Source: Acidobacteriota bacterium (GTDB taxonomy: Bacteria > Acidobacteriota > UBA6911 > RPQK01 > CBDFMZ01). Taken from it: DNA of 64,000 nucleotides. The notes beneath the pieces are model-generated. The model worked only from the letters and a program-made list of their open reading frames with translations, did not search any database and was not told the origin of the DNA. Both the position numbers and the translations under genes were made by a program. Location of the stretch: contig CBDFMZ010000001.1 in NCBI GenBank assembly GCA_965249865.1, positions 40,202 to 104,201 of the forward strand, in the 5' to 3' direction. Below, piece after piece: positions 20,794-31,376 of this stretch (positions within the stretch are counted from its first letter, which is position 1; each line of letters starts with the position of its first letter).

Positions 20794-23700
20794 TTAAAAC
20801 CGCGCGGAGACAACCTGCGAAACACCTGCTTCTTCCATGCTGACTCCATAGAAGGCATCGGCTACCTCCAGGGTTCGCTTGTTGTGAGTGATGATGATGA
20901 ACTGCGTTTTTTGACTCATCTCCCGGACCAGGGCGGAAAAACGACTGACATTAGCATCATCCAAGGATGCGTCTACCTCATCGAGGACACAAAACTGGCT
21001 GGGACGATAGGTGAAAAGACCCATTAATAGAGCAAGTACCGTAATAGCCTTTTCACCCCCAGACAATAACATCACATTTTGAAGTTTTTTTCCGGGCGGC
21101 TGGGCGGAAATATCTATCCCACTTTCCAAGAGATCCTCCTCATCCAGCAATTGCATTCGGCATTCTCCCCCCCCCAAAAGTTTCTGGAAAATCTCTCGGA
21201 AGTGAACATTGACACTTTCGAATGTTTGTCGAAATTTTTCACAACTGCGCCGGTTGATTTCCTGGATGACACGAGTAGTGTCCGCAATGGATTGCTCGAT
21301 GTCCTGACGTTGGCCTCTCAGGAAATCGTAGCGCTCTTCATTTTCCTGGTATTCCTTTAGGGCGGTCATATTAATCGGTCCGAACTCGTCAAGACGAGCT
21401 TTCAGCCGGTGGTGGGACTCGAGGATGTCTTCCCCAGAGATAACGGGCAAGTCCACTGCTTCAACCAGCTGCCTCACAGGAAGTTCCAACTGTTCAAGAC
21501 ATTGCCGATCAAGGTTTTGGAGTTGTGTTTCGAAGCGGGCTCTTTCCACATCCAGCTCTGCACGTTGCTCTTGTAATTCCGCTGTTCGGTCACGCAGCTG
21601 GGCCAGCTGACCCTCAATTTCCAAATGAGCTTCTTTCCATCCTTCATAGGCCTCTTCTTGGGCTCGCACACTCATCTCAAGCTGGCTTGCTTGCCTTCGG
21701 TTCTTTTTCAGGCTCGATTTCAAGTCGCTTAGTTTCCCCTGAATCGCGCAGAGTCGTTCCTGGCTTTCAGCGTGCGTGAGCCGCTTCGCCGCCTGACGGG
21801 TTTCGAGTTCGCACCGCTGCTCTTCAACGCGTTTCAAGGTATGGTTCAGTGCACGGTGACGCTCCTCCAAGACCTTATGGTCGGAAGCGAGTAAATGAAG
21901 CTGCTCTTGGACTTTTCCGAATTCTGACTGGAGTCGATGTAAAGATCCCTCCGTCTTGGAAAGCATTCCCCTGACTTCTCTGTGGGAGGAGTTTTTCTCC
22001 ACCAGCTCTGCTTTGACTTGCTGGACCCTTTCCTTTTGCTGGTGACAGTCCTGATCAAGTTGACTCAACTCGTTTTCAAGCACCTTCAAAGCTTGATCTT
22101 GCCGCTGTTTCTCACCTTCCCACTGCTCCTGCTGATGAACAAAACCGATGATCTCTTTCTCCAATTGGTACAAAGCATCTTGGTTCCTGGCAAAACGATG
22201 GGAGACCTTCTCCAATTCTTCCCGCTGGCGCTGTTGATCTTTTCGCAGGCTCTCTAGTGATTTTTCGAACCGGGCAACATTCGCTTCTAGTGTTTTTTTT
22301 TGCCGTTTCAAACTTAGCAGTCCAAGTTTTTTCGATGAGGAGACTGAGGCCGAAAGCAGGCCCCGAGGGGCGAGAACTTCACCTTCCAAGGTCAGAAAGG
22401 TGCTTTCCGGATAACTGTGTGCCAGTTCAAATGCCCGCCCCAAATCAGAAACTACGACAGCTTCCGCTCTTTGCGGGAGTACACGGTGAAATGCCTCTTG
22501 CACCTCCGGCTTCATGCGTAACAACTCACTTAAGGTGCCCTTAACCCCTTTCTGCTTGCAAAGAGACAAGAGTTGTTTTTGGTCGTAAGTCGGGCCGAAT
22601 CCGTTGGAGGAATTAAGACTCAAGAACGTGCACTTACCGCTCTTAAGGCACTTTAGCTCCGAAAGACCACGAAGGGCCTCGTCCAAAGAATCCACCAAAA
22701 GATACTCCAGTTCCTTGTCTAGAAACTCCTCCACCAATTTCTCATATTCCGGGCTGATTTCGATAAAGTCAGCTAAAGTGCCGTCGGTATGAACGCCCTG
22801 GTTTCGGCTAAGATGGTTCAAAAATTCCTGAACTCCCTCACTATACTGGGAGTGATTTAGCTCGACTTCTTGGAGCGATTGTAGTCGTTCCCGCTGGGCG
22901 ACAAGCTGATTTTTAGATTCAACCACTCGTTCGTTAGCTTCTCCAAGTTGGGTTTGTAGGTCTTCTTTTTCCTTTTCCTGTGCTTGCAGGTTCCTCCGCA
23001 GTTTTCCCAAGTGAGTTCGTTTCAGATTGATCTCGCGCTTTTTCTCTTGCAGCCGAGTCCCACTTTCCTCAAGCTTCAAGAGATGGCTTGATCGTTCTTC
23101 TTCCAGACGCTTTCGCCGATAAAGTGCCGTTTCAAGATGCTGCTTCAACTGATCTTGTAGGTTTCGACGGGATTCCATCTCTGCAGACAAACCGACGAAT
23201 CGACCCCGCAACTTCTCCAACTCTCCTTCAACTTGCTCTAACTCGGATGGATAGTGTTCGACCAGTTCTGATTGTCCTTCTAAGGCAGCTCTCACCTTTT
23301 TTTCTTCTTTCTCAAGCCGCTCTTTTTCCACCTGCAGACAACCGGTCTCTTCCACAACTCTTTCTAAAGCTTGGCTCATGACTCGACATTCCGCGGCGTT
23401 GCCTTCGAGTTGTTGTTGCGTGGTTTCGATTTGTTCATCCTGATACCGGATCGAATTCTCAGCGCGATCAACTGCCAGGACCATTTCCGAGTGCCGCTGG
23501 CGGAGCTCGGCTAAAAGCGCTTCCAGCTGATCCCTTTTGACAAAGCTTTCATGGTGGGTTTTTCCGTGTACAACACGTTTCTGATCCAGCTCTTCCTGAG
23601 TGGTTTTCAGGATCCCCAGCTCCTTAGCCAAAATCTGCAGCTGGATCTGTAGTTGTTGGGCTTCCAGTGCAAACCTGTGTTGCTGGACCTGGCGAAATTC

Positions 23701-24405
23701 TTCTGTGATCTCGCGGTAGCGACGGGCTTTTGTGGCCTGGCGCTTGAGGGAACGCAGCTGTCGCTCCACTTCAACAATGATGTCATTAACGCGCAGCAAG
23801 TTCTGCTCCGTCATTCCCAACTTGAGTTCGGCATTGCGGCGTCGGTTCTTGTAGCCAGTGATACCAGCTGCTTCCTCAATAAGGGCCCGTCGATCCAGCG
23901 GCTTGGTGCTCAGAAAAGACTCGATTTGACCCTGGGCAATCAACGCATAAGAGACAAACTGTAGACCGGCGTCCTCCAGAAACCGATGGATGTCTTTTAA
24001 TCGGCAGCGACGCTGATTGATCGAATAAATGCTTTCACCCGAGCAATAGAGCTTGCGAGTAATCTCCAGTGTCTCTCCGTTGAACTCCTTTCCATCTAGT
24101 AAGATTGCCCTTTTCGGATCACGACAAATGGTCAGGCTGACCTCTGCGAAACCAGAAGATCTCCGTTTCTCAGTCCCGCTGAAAATCACATCCTCCATTT
24201 TTTCCCCACGCAAGTCGCGGGCCGTCTGCACACCGAGAACCCAGCCAAGAGCGTCGGAAAGATTCGATTTTCCGCAGCCGTTCGGTCCAATGATAGCCGT
24301 GACTCGATCCTTAAAAACAAGGCGTGTCTTCCTCGGAAAAGATTTAAAACCAATCAGTTCTAGCGAATCAAACATAGGCAAATCTAGCGAATCAAACATA
24401 GGCAA
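20794..24405 (-). CDS. smc: Chromosome segregation protein SMC
   Basis: GFKSF, Walker A GPNGCGKSN, coiled coils, hinge, LSGGE signature, VLDEVD Walker B. Confidence 0.97.
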   Translation of the reverse strand: MPMFDSLDLPMFDSLELIGFKSFPRKTRLVFKDRVTAIIGPNGCGKSNLSDALGWVLGVQTARDLRGEKMEDVIFSGTEKRRSSGFAEVSLTICRDPKRAILLDGKEFNGETLEITRKLYCSGESIYSINQRRCRLKDIHRFLEDAGLQFVSYALIAQGQIESFLSTKPLDRRALIEEAAGITGYKNRRRNAELKLGMTEQNLLRVNDIIVEVERQLRSLKRQATKARRYREITEEFRQVQQHRFALEAQQLQIQLQILAKELGILKTTQEELDQKRVVHGKTHHESFVKRDQLEALLAELRQRHSEMVLAVDRAENSIRYQDEQIETTQQQLEGNAAECRVMSQALERVVEETGCLQVEKERLEKEEKKVRAALEGQSELVEHYPSELEQVEGELEKLRGRFVGLSAEMESRRNLQDQLKQHLETALYRRKRLEEERSSHLLKLEESGTRLQEKKREINLKRTHLGKLRRNLQAQEKEKEDLQTQLGEANERVVESKNQLVAQRERLQSLQEVELNHSQYSEGVQEFLNHLSRNQGVHTDGTLADFIEISPEYEKLVEEFLDKELEYLLVDSLDEALRGLSELKCLKSGKCTFLSLNSSNGFGPTYDQKQLLSLCKQKGVKGTLSELLRMKPEVQEAFHRVLPQRAEAVVVSDLGRAFELAHSYPESTFLTLEGEVLAPRGLLSASVSSSKKLGLLSLKRQKKTLEANVARFEKSLESLRKDQQRQREELEKVSHRFARNQDALYQLEKEIIGFVHQQEQWEGEKQRQDQALKVLENELSQLDQDCHQQKERVQQVKAELVEKNSSHREVRGMLSKTEGSLHRLQSEFGKVQEQLHLLASDHKVLEERHRALNHTLKRVEEQRCELETRQAAKRLTHAESQERLCAIQGKLSDLKSSLKKNRRQASQLEMSVRAQEEAYEGWKEAHLEIEGQLAQLRDRTAELQEQRAELDVERARFETQLQNLDRQCLEQLELPVRQLVEAVDLPVISGEDILESHHRLKARLDEFGPINMTALKEYQENEERYDFLRGQRQDIEQSIADTTRVIQEINRRSCEKFRQTFESVNVHFREIFQKLLGGGECRMQLLDEEDLLESGIDISAQPPGKKLQNVMLLSGGEKAITVLALLMGLFTYRPSQFCVLDEVDASLDDANVSRFSALVREMSQKTQFIIITHNKRTLEVADAFYGVSMEEAGVSQVVSARF

Positions 24406-24406
24406 A
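24359..24406. repeat. Exact 24-bp tandem duplication over the smc start
   Basis: TCTAGCGAATCAAACATAGGCAAA x2; in frame (LPMFDSLD-LPMFDSLE). Confidence 0.95.
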
Positions 24407-24618
24407 CGAATAAAACCCCGACTTAAGAGAGAACGAATCTAACCAACCACGCTTTCCAACCTGCAATGTGCGAATCTTATGATGAACCACTGACAAAACC
24501 CTCAGGGTTCCATGGGATGCCCCTGCAAAGTCTGACAAGCACCTCGGGGTAACAGGAGAATTGGCGTTGTTGACGGGAGAAATCCTCGATCGGTATACTA
24601 TTTCGTGCGTACGCAGCA

Positions 24619-26472
24619 TTGAAAATGAGTATTGTAGAGTGGGTTGGATTTTTCGAAATCAGACGTCGATGGTTTGGCATTGCTATGGTGGTGTTCATGC
24701 TTCGACCAGCTCTCCTCTATAGCCAATCGGCCGAATTCTACCCCTTAGACCTGATCAAACCCGGACAAAAAGGTTATGGGAAAACCGTTTTTGAAGGAAC
24801 CACCATTGAAACTTTTGACGTCGAGTTCCTGGGAGTCCTGAAGAACGTTGGACCGAAGCAGGATATGATCTTGGGACGGTTCTTCAGTGATCGATTGAAA
24901 CACACCGGGATATTTGGCGGGATGAGCGGTAGCCCCGTTTACGTGGAAGACAAGTTAGTGGGGGCAGTCGCCTATAGTTTCACGTTTGCCAAAGAACCCA
25001 TCGCGGGCATTACTCCCATACGAGAGATTATTGAGATCTTCCAGGAAAAGCCACCCAGAGCCACTCGGAATTCGCAAAAACGGGATCTGGATGCGATCTA
25101 CCAGATATCTGATTTCAAGACTCTCAATTTATTGCCGAACTTCAAAACAATGCAACTCGAAGTCGAATCTCGTTACGGGAGGGCTAACAATGGAGAATTC
25201 AGACCCATTGCAACGCCACTGAACCTTTCGGGTTTTTCCCCTCAGTCCATTCAATACTTTGCTCCTCAGTTCATGGCATTGGACCTAGTATCTGTACGCG
25301 GTCTAGGGAGTGGCAGGATCGATCACTATAAAGACGCTCCGGTCGCTCCGGGCTCGACGATCAGTGTCCAGCTGGTGAGAGGGGATATGGATGTGAGTGC
25401 CAGTGGCACTGTGACTTACGTCAGCAACAACAAAATTTATGCCTTTGGCCACTCCTTCCTCAACATAGGTTATACGAACATGCCGCTCAGTAAGGCAGCA
25501 GTATTGACCATCATCCCCAGCTTGATGAGCAGCCAGAAGGTCTCGGCAACAACGGAATTAATCGGCAGCATCAAACAAGACCGAGCGACAGGTATTCTGG
25601 GAATTCGAGGTGAAAACCCCAGACTGATACCGGTTAGGCTGCGATTACTGACCAGCCGGAATGAACTCAGAGAGTCTAACTATGAGGTGATGACCGACAA
25701 TTTCCTGACCCCCTTTTTGATGGCTTTCACCGTGCACAATAGCATTGTCTCTTCAGAACGGGTCATTGGGGAACAGACTCTGAAAATTAAATGTACGATT
25801 TCGGTCAAAGGACAATCCGACGTGAACTTTGAAAGAAGCGTTTCGGACCTTACTAACACATCGGTCCTTGCAGCTTTGACCGCCTCCTCACCCGTTAATG
25901 CCCTGTTGAACAGCGGCTTTGAAGACGTGGTGATTGAAAAAATCGACATGGAAATCACGGCCATCGAGCAAACCCGAGAAGCCAGTTTGGAAATGGTTTG
26001 GCAGGATAAACTGGAGGCGAAGGCGGGTGAGGAAGTGAATTTGACGGTGTTCTTGCGGAAACTAAACGGGAAAATCCTTACTAAAAAATATCCCGTGAGA
26101 ATTCCCGAGGAGATCAACCCGGGTCCCTTGAAAATTCTGGTGGGAGATGGCCTCTCCTTGATCAAACTTGACCTCGAAGATGATTCGCAGGAGTTTGAGC
26201 CCGAGAATTTGCATCAGCTCATCAAAGCCATCAACAACCTGAAAAAGAATGACCGCCTTTACATCCGTCTCTTCCGTGAGAAACCCGGAGTGATTGTCAA
26301 CGGGGAAGGATTGCCTGATCTTCCCCCTTCTGTCCTAGCCTTCTACAATGCTGAGAAAACTTCAGGTGGGGTAAAGTTCATTAGGAAGGTTATTTATGCC
26401 GAGTATGAGCTCCTTCCAGTGGATTGTGTCCTAAAAGGCCACAAGGTAATCAAGGTTAATATTAAGAGTTAG
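24619..26472 (+). CDS. SpoIVB peptidase S55 domain protein (secreted)
   Basis: Signal peptide, GYGKTVFEG, GMSGSPVY..KLVGAV, PIAGITPI, AFGH. Confidence 0.85.
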   Translation: MKMSIVEWVGFFEIRRRWFGIAMVVFMLRPALLYSQSAEFYPLDLIKPGQKGYGKTVFEGTTIETFDVEFLGVLKNVGPKQDMILGRFFSDRLKHTGIFGGMSGSPVYVEDKLVGAVAYSFTFAKEPIAGITPIREIIEIFQEKPPRATRNSQKRDLDAIYQISDFKTLNLLPNFKTMQLEVESRYGRANNGEFRPIATPLNLSGFSPQSIQYFAPQFMALDLVSVRGLGSGRIDHYKDAPVAPGSTISVQLVRGDMDVSASGTVTYVSNNKIYAFGHSFLNIGYTNMPLSKAAVLTIIPSLMSSQKVSATTELIGSIKQDRATGILGIRGENPRLIPVRLRLLTSRNELRESNYEVMTDNFLTPFLMAFTVHNSIVSSERVIGEQTLKIKCTISVKGQSDVNFERSVSDLTNTSVLAALTASSPVNALLNSGFEDVVIEKIDMEITAIEQTREASLEMVWQDKLEAKAGEEVNLTVFLRKLNGKILTKKYPVRIPEEINPGPLKILVGDGLSLIKLDLEDDSQEFEPENLHQLIKAINNLKKNDRLYIRLFREKPGVIVNGEGLPDLPPSVLAFYNAEKTSGGVKFIRKVIYAEYELLPVDCVLKGHKVIKVNIKS

Positions 26473-26705
26473 TGATCGACCAAGGTCTCCGTTCCCCGTA
26501 TACCATCTGATCTACAACTCGACTCAAACTTCTTTGGGTGGTCTGGAGCTTGTGTGATTTCAACCTTGACTCCCGCAAATGGTTGCTACGAAAATTCCCT
26601 CATGAAGCACTTGATGAAAACTTCTTTCATCGTTGAGAACCTGCTGGCTCCAGTCTCCAATACCTACTTGCGGATGACCAGGCACCTCAACCCTCCGGAG
26701 AACAT

Positions 26706-28907
26706 TTGCACATGAACAAACCTATTCTTTTTTTGATCTTCTTGGTTATTTTTTCAGGTTCAACACATCTCTCTCTACAGGCTATCCAACCTGCAAGCTG
26801 GACGATTTCCACCCAAGGAGAGTTTGTCAAAGGGGACTTGAAAGGGGTTTCCTTGACTAGCGACGGAACACTCGTCCTGGCACCTAAATTTCAACAGGTA
26901 CTGGATACGGAGGAGAGTTTAATCTATGCCGCAATCATAGACAGGAGCGGCACAGTTTACCTGGGAACCGGCAACAACGGAAAGATTTTTCAGGTCACCC
27001 CGAGCGGTCAAGGCCGGGAATGGGCAAAATTGAAGGAGTCAGGCGTCTACGCCCTGGCAGTGGACACGCAAAACCGCCTCTATGCTGGAACTTCACCCGA
27101 CGGTAGGATATATCGATTCGACAACCAGGGCCAGCCGGTGGTTTTCTTTGATCCTCAGGAAAAATATATCTGGTCGCTTACCGCCGGTTTCCAAAACAAC
27201 CTTTTCGCCGGAACGGGTCCCAAAGGAATCATCTACAAGGTCAATCCGTCCGGAGAAGGGAGTGTTTACTATGACAGCAAAGAAACCCACATCGTCAGCC
27301 TGAAATGGGATTTAAACCGTAATCTACTGGCTGGCGGCGCACCGGGCGCTCTCTTGTTTCGAATCTCTCCCACCGGAAAGCCTTTTGTTTTGTACGACTC
27401 GCCTCTGGAAGAAATCAAAGCTATTGAAGTTGACCGCTACGGGAATATCTATGTTGCGGCTTTAGCCAGAACAGAGGGCTCTGACAAGCCTTCTCGTTCT
27501 CAACCGGCTAAGAAGAATCAGAAAACCATAAAGGGTGAGAGCAGGGTGCAAATTGCTTCTAGCCCCACCCGCGGGAAAAAACTCGAGATTTACAAGATAG
27601 ACAAAGAAAACCTGGTCGAAACTCTTTACGCCTCCGGTGATGAACTCGCCTTTGATCTTCTCATCCGCAGTGATGGACACCTATTGGTAGCGACCGGAAA
27701 CAAGGGTCGGATTCTTTCCATCGACCCCCACAAATTTGTTACTTTTCTCGTGCAAAGTTCAGAAGAACAGGTGACGCAATTGTTAGAGCAGGAAGGAAGA
27801 ATCTATGCAACGACAAGCAACCTAGCCAAGCTGTTCCAACTTCTTCCTCAAGCTTCCACTCAGGGTATTTATGAGTCTAGTGTTCTCGATGCCAAGATGT
27901 CGGCCTCCTGGGGACGAATTCGTTGGCATGTCAAAAACCCGACCAATCCAGAAATCAAGGTCTTCACTCGTTCAGGAAACGCCGAGACCCCCGACCCGAC
28001 TTGGAGTGCTTGGAGCGGACCTCATCAAGATCCAAAGGGTAGCCCGATCAACAGTCCTACAGCCCAATACTTGCAGTGGAAGATCGAATTTCCTGAAAGA
28101 GGGAGACCAGCCTCAGTGATTTCCCGGTCTAATGCCCTGGACTCTCTTACTGTCACTTACATCCAAAAGAATGTGGCTCCTCGACTAATCTCCCTCACGG
28201 TGCATCCGCAAGGAATTGCCTTTGCCCAGTATCCGCCCACAACCCCTCCAGCTGGCGCTTCGCTGGGTGGCCCTCGCGACAGTCACCTTCGATCTCTTCC
28301 CCGATCGATTCGCAATTTGGACAAACCTACCATCAAGCCACTCCGTCGTAACCTTCACATTCCAGGCACCCGAAGCATTTCCTGGGTTGGGGAAGATCCC
28401 AACCAGGACGATCTCGTCTATTCGATTTACTATCGGAGCCAAGAGGAAAATGTCTGGAAGCTTCTGCAGGATAACCAGACCAAGTCCTATTACACCATGG
28501 ACGGGGTCAGCTTTCCAGACGACACGTACCTCGTCAGAGTCGTGGTCTCCGACAAAGTGAGCAATCCACCCAATCAGACTCGACAAAGCGAACTAATCAG
28601 CAAACCCTTTGTAATCGCCAATTCCTCCCCCTCCATCCAATTCTCTGCTGCACAAGTCGAGCAAAACAAGGTGAATCTGAGTTTTACCACCCGCACTTTG
28701 GTCAGTGACGTCTACCAAACTGACTATTCGGTTAACGGAGACGAGTGGACTGTGATCTTTCCTCGCGATGGGATCGCCGACAGCGGAAAGGAAGAGTACT
28801 ATCTGAGCATCAATGGTTTAAAACTTGGAGAAAACGTGATCAGTGTGCGGGTAGTGGACTCAGTGGGAAACATTGGGACAGGGAAAACGCTGGTCATAGT
28901 CCGATGA
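26706..28907 (+). CDS. Secreted beta-propeller protein with C-terminal Ig/Fn3-like domains
   Basis: Repeated blades (VYLGTGNNGKIF, LYAGTSPDGRIY, LFAGTGPKGIIY), WGRIRW, C-terminal DG.Y..RV..SD and VRVVDSVGN. Confidence 0.7.
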   Translation: MHMNKPILFLIFLVIFSGSTHLSLQAIQPASWTISTQGEFVKGDLKGVSLTSDGTLVLAPKFQQVLDTEESLIYAAIIDRSGTVYLGTGNNGKIFQVTPSGQGREWAKLKESGVYALAVDTQNRLYAGTSPDGRIYRFDNQGQPVVFFDPQEKYIWSLTAGFQNNLFAGTGPKGIIYKVNPSGEGSVYYDSKETHIVSLKWDLNRNLLAGGAPGALLFRISPTGKPFVLYDSPLEEIKAIEVDRYGNIYVAALARTEGSDKPSRSQPAKKNQKTIKGESRVQIASSPTRGKKLEIYKIDKENLVETLYASGDELAFDLLIRSDGHLLVATGNKGRILSIDPHKFVTFLVQSSEEQVTQLLEQEGRIYATTSNLAKLFQLLPQASTQGIYESSVLDAKMSASWGRIRWHVKNPTNPEIKVFTRSGNAETPDPTWSAWSGPHQDPKGSPINSPTAQYLQWKIEFPERGRPASVISRSNALDSLTVTYIQKNVAPRLISLTVHPQGIAFAQYPPTTPPAGASLGGPRDSHLRSLPRSIRNLDKPTIKPLRRNLHIPGTRSISWVGEDPNQDDLVYSIYYRSQEENVWKLLQDNQTKSYYTMDGVSFPDDTYLVRVVVSDKVSNPPNQTRQSELISKPFVIANSSPSIQFSAAQVEQNKVNLSFTTRTLVSDVYQTDYSVNGDEWTVIFPRDGIADSGKEEYYLSINGLKLGENVISVRVVDSVGNIGTGKTLVIVR

Positions 28908-29268
28908 TTCGGAGACGTAATGCAACCAGCTGGTTGTCCTGATTTCACCTCGTCGGCCCAAGTTAGAATTTTCCCAGGCGAAAGAGCGGTTGTGTTACTC
29001 GGGCTCAATGCACAAACGATGGTTCGGTGCTATCGGCTATTTTGGGTACTCGCTGTGGAACGATGCCCAAGTGTCGAAGAGATGTGATTGTCCTCTTTAC
29101 CGCTCTGATCAAGCGAAGCTGGTAAGAAGTGAAGCGAGAATTTGTCCAGCTAAAATCTCCTCCACTGAAAAAGAGCACACAATATTGGTAACAGTTCAAT
29201 TTTCAAAATGGTGGTTGTCCAACTGGACAAGCCTTCATTGATGTTTTGGTTAACGATTAGTCCCATTT

Positions 29269-30333
29269 TCAACCTTCTGCAAAGTACAACTTCCAGGCCT
29301 TACTGAAGAGAAGATTGACTTTTCCTTCTCGAACAAGCAAGAAACAGACGGCCAAATCCCTGGATTCAGCCCAGGGGATCCCTTTTTCCGGTCCCATCAC
29401 GTAAAGAGCTGTGGAAAGAATGTCAGCCACCAGAGCACTAGCATTCCATACCGTTACCGAGCCCTGGAACTTAGCCGGCAGGCCGCTGCGTGGATCCAAT
29501 ATGTGTCCTAGCCGTCCATCGGAAGCTTGCAGGTCTCGCTCTGACCCTCCGCTTGTTGCCAACGAACCACCTGAAAGTTTTACCCGTAATAGTGGCTGAT
29601 CGCGTAGGATCGGATGAGCTACCTCGACTTGCCACAATTTCGCTTGTGGCAAGCCATAGGCTATCACCTGGCCTCCTAAATCAACCAGCCAAGCAGTCGA
29701 GTCATTGGCGGCCGCACAGCCACGAACCCGATCCAACGCCTCTCCCTTACCAAAAGCTCCCACGTCGATCGTCACCTCGCTTGTCCGTGTAATCCGGCAC
29801 TGAGAAGCGTCATACTCGAAATGCTGCGCACCAGAACGCTTTCGTGCGGACTGCAGGACTTCTGGCGATGGTCTCCGTCCGCCTTCGCGTAGTCCCCATG
29901 CGTTGACAAGGGGTCCAATAGCAGGATCAAAGGCGGCATCTGTTACCCGCTGCCAAAAAAGAAGATCTCCGAACAGCCGGCAAAAAGACCGTCCCACTGA
30001 GAACGGGATTCCGACCGGTCGTTGGTTCAGACGACTAACCAGGCTGCTGGGACGCCAGGTACTCAGCTGCTCCTCGGTGTCATCGAGGATGCGGACAAAG
30101 GTCTCAAGCTGCTGCAGAGCGCCCTGCCGTTCTGCCGAGTGAGTGATCAGGGTACATAGAGTCCCCATGAGGTAAACTTGGCGGGTCACCTCGACCCCTA
30201 CTCGTGGAGGTGACCCGCCAGTAACGGGAAAGACTAAGACAACGAAAAGGGTCAATAGAACAAAAATCGAAGCCAGTCGTCCAGAACCAGAGGGGATTTG
30301 ACGGCCACTGCGTCGTAAACCAACCTTTCTCAT
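29269..30333 (-). CDS. apbE: FAD:protein FMN transferase (ApbE/Ftp)
   Basis: MGT, FDPAIGPL..AWG, GAFGKG, DLGG, ATSG, GHILDPRSG, ADILSTAL. Confidence 0.92.
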   Translation of the reverse strand: MRKVGLRRSGRQIPSGSGRLASIFVLLTLFVVLVFPVTGGSPPRVGVEVTRQVYLMGTLCTLITHSAERQGALQQLETFVRILDDTEEQLSTWRPSSLVSRLNQRPVGIPFSVGRSFCRLFGDLLFWQRVTDAAFDPAIGPLVNAWGLREGGRRPSPEVLQSARKRSGAQHFEYDASQCRITRTSEVTIDVGAFGKGEALDRVRGCAAANDSTAWLVDLGGQVIAYGLPQAKLWQVEVAHPILRDQPLLRVKLSGGSLATSGGSERDLQASDGRLGHILDPRSGLPAKFQGSVTVWNASALVADILSTALYVMGPEKGIPWAESRDLAVCFLLVREGKVNLLFSKAWKLYFAEG

Positions 30334-30803
30334 ACTGCGTTGGCAATGCGAACTTTTTGCTCCTGTTTCACGCGATTCTTTCTTAAGAGATGGATGCTTA
30401 TGACCTGGTGTAAGAGGTAGGTAATCAGAAAGATCCCGCCGGTTAGAAGGTGTAACAGCAGGCTCACACGATAGACCCAGGTATCCGCTGCCACCTGTAG
30501 GAGGTAGCCTGATAGTACCATCGGAGCAAAACAGATAAGGGCAGCCAGTCCAGACCGGCGATTGGAGTTGGTTCTATCGGAAAGCTTTTGGATGACATGG
30601 GAATAAATCACACCTGCTACGATAAAGATCAAAAGAGGAGACACCATAATGTGTAGGTCCAGGACGAAGGACTGTAATGGATGGTTGACAAGACTGAACG
30701 GGTCACCGTCCTCCATCAGGTATTTCATCCAAAAGTAGAGGACTCCGGTGACTGACACAAGAATGAGCAGAACATGAAAAGACCACTTTTCCCAGCGACT
30801 CAC
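30330..30803 (-). CDS. Four-TM His-rich membrane protein, putative cytochrome b (DUF4405-like)
   Basis: Two similar TM hairpins (SVTG...LH...H and LSG...LH...H) with His51/His69 and His118/His132. Confidence 0.55.
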   Translation of the reverse strand: MSRWEKWSFHVLLILVSVTGVLYFWMKYLMEDGDPFSLVNHPLQSFVLDLHIMVSPLLIFIVAGVIYSHVIQKLSDRTNSNRRSGLAALICFAPMVLSGYLLQVAADTWVYRVSLLLHLLTGGIFLITYLLHQVISIHLLRKNRVKQEQKVRIANAV

Positions 30804-31363
30804 GGCACCCTCTCTGAATGTCTGCGCAACACCCAGTCAACTGCCAGCACTCGCCTGACGGCTTGATTGGTAGCCCTGGCTGTTAGTGTGGCACCGGCTA
30901 TAGACCGGATGCTGCGCTGCAGGTGAAGATCGTTACTGAGTGTTTTGCCGCGGTACTGGCCGTACCAACTGGGTGAAGCCAGATATTCAGCTGGTTCCAA
31001 GAAAGCAGTGGCTTCGATGCGTTTCACCTTCCCTTCTTCATCCAGGCAAATCAGCAGACTTTGTTTTTTGGACCGAACTATGTGAGTGTCCACATAGGCT
31101 CGACCGACGCTCTTGCTACCAATGACTGCCGAATAGCGTGCTATTAGAGCGCTGGGAACGTCGACTTTGGCCAGTAACTCCACCTGCTGGCGTTGCTGGT
31201 CGGTCAAAAACAGCCTCTCCAGCTTAATTGCTGCCCCCGGAAAGGCCGCAGTAAGGGCTTCCTCCCGGCTTAGCAAAGCATTAGCCGTGCCCTCAAGGCA
31301 AGAGAACAAAAGAACAAAGTAAGCAATGCGCCAGCTACGACTCTTCAAACCTTCCACCAACAA
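30800..31363 (-). CDS. Exported FMN-binding domain protein (ApbE substrate)
   Basis: Signal peptide; C-terminal IRSIAGATLT flavinylation-like [ST]GA[ST] motif; F.EP.EY...W..Q..GK pattern. Confidence 0.75.
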   Translation of the reverse strand: MLVEGLKSRSWRIAYFVLLFSCLEGTANALLSREEALTAAFPGAAIKLERLFLTDQQRQQVELLAKVDVPSALIARYSAVIGSKSVGRAYVDTHIVRSKKQSLLICLDEEGKVKRIEATAFLEPAEYLASPSWYGQYRGKTLSNDLHLQRSIRSIAGATLTARATNQAVRRVLAVDWVLRRHSERVP

Positions 31364-31376
31364 ATTCTCTCCTCAT

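Noticed and set aside
28990-29241. Small ORFs between the beta-propeller gene and apbE
   Set aside because: No RBS, motif or recognisable relic in any frame
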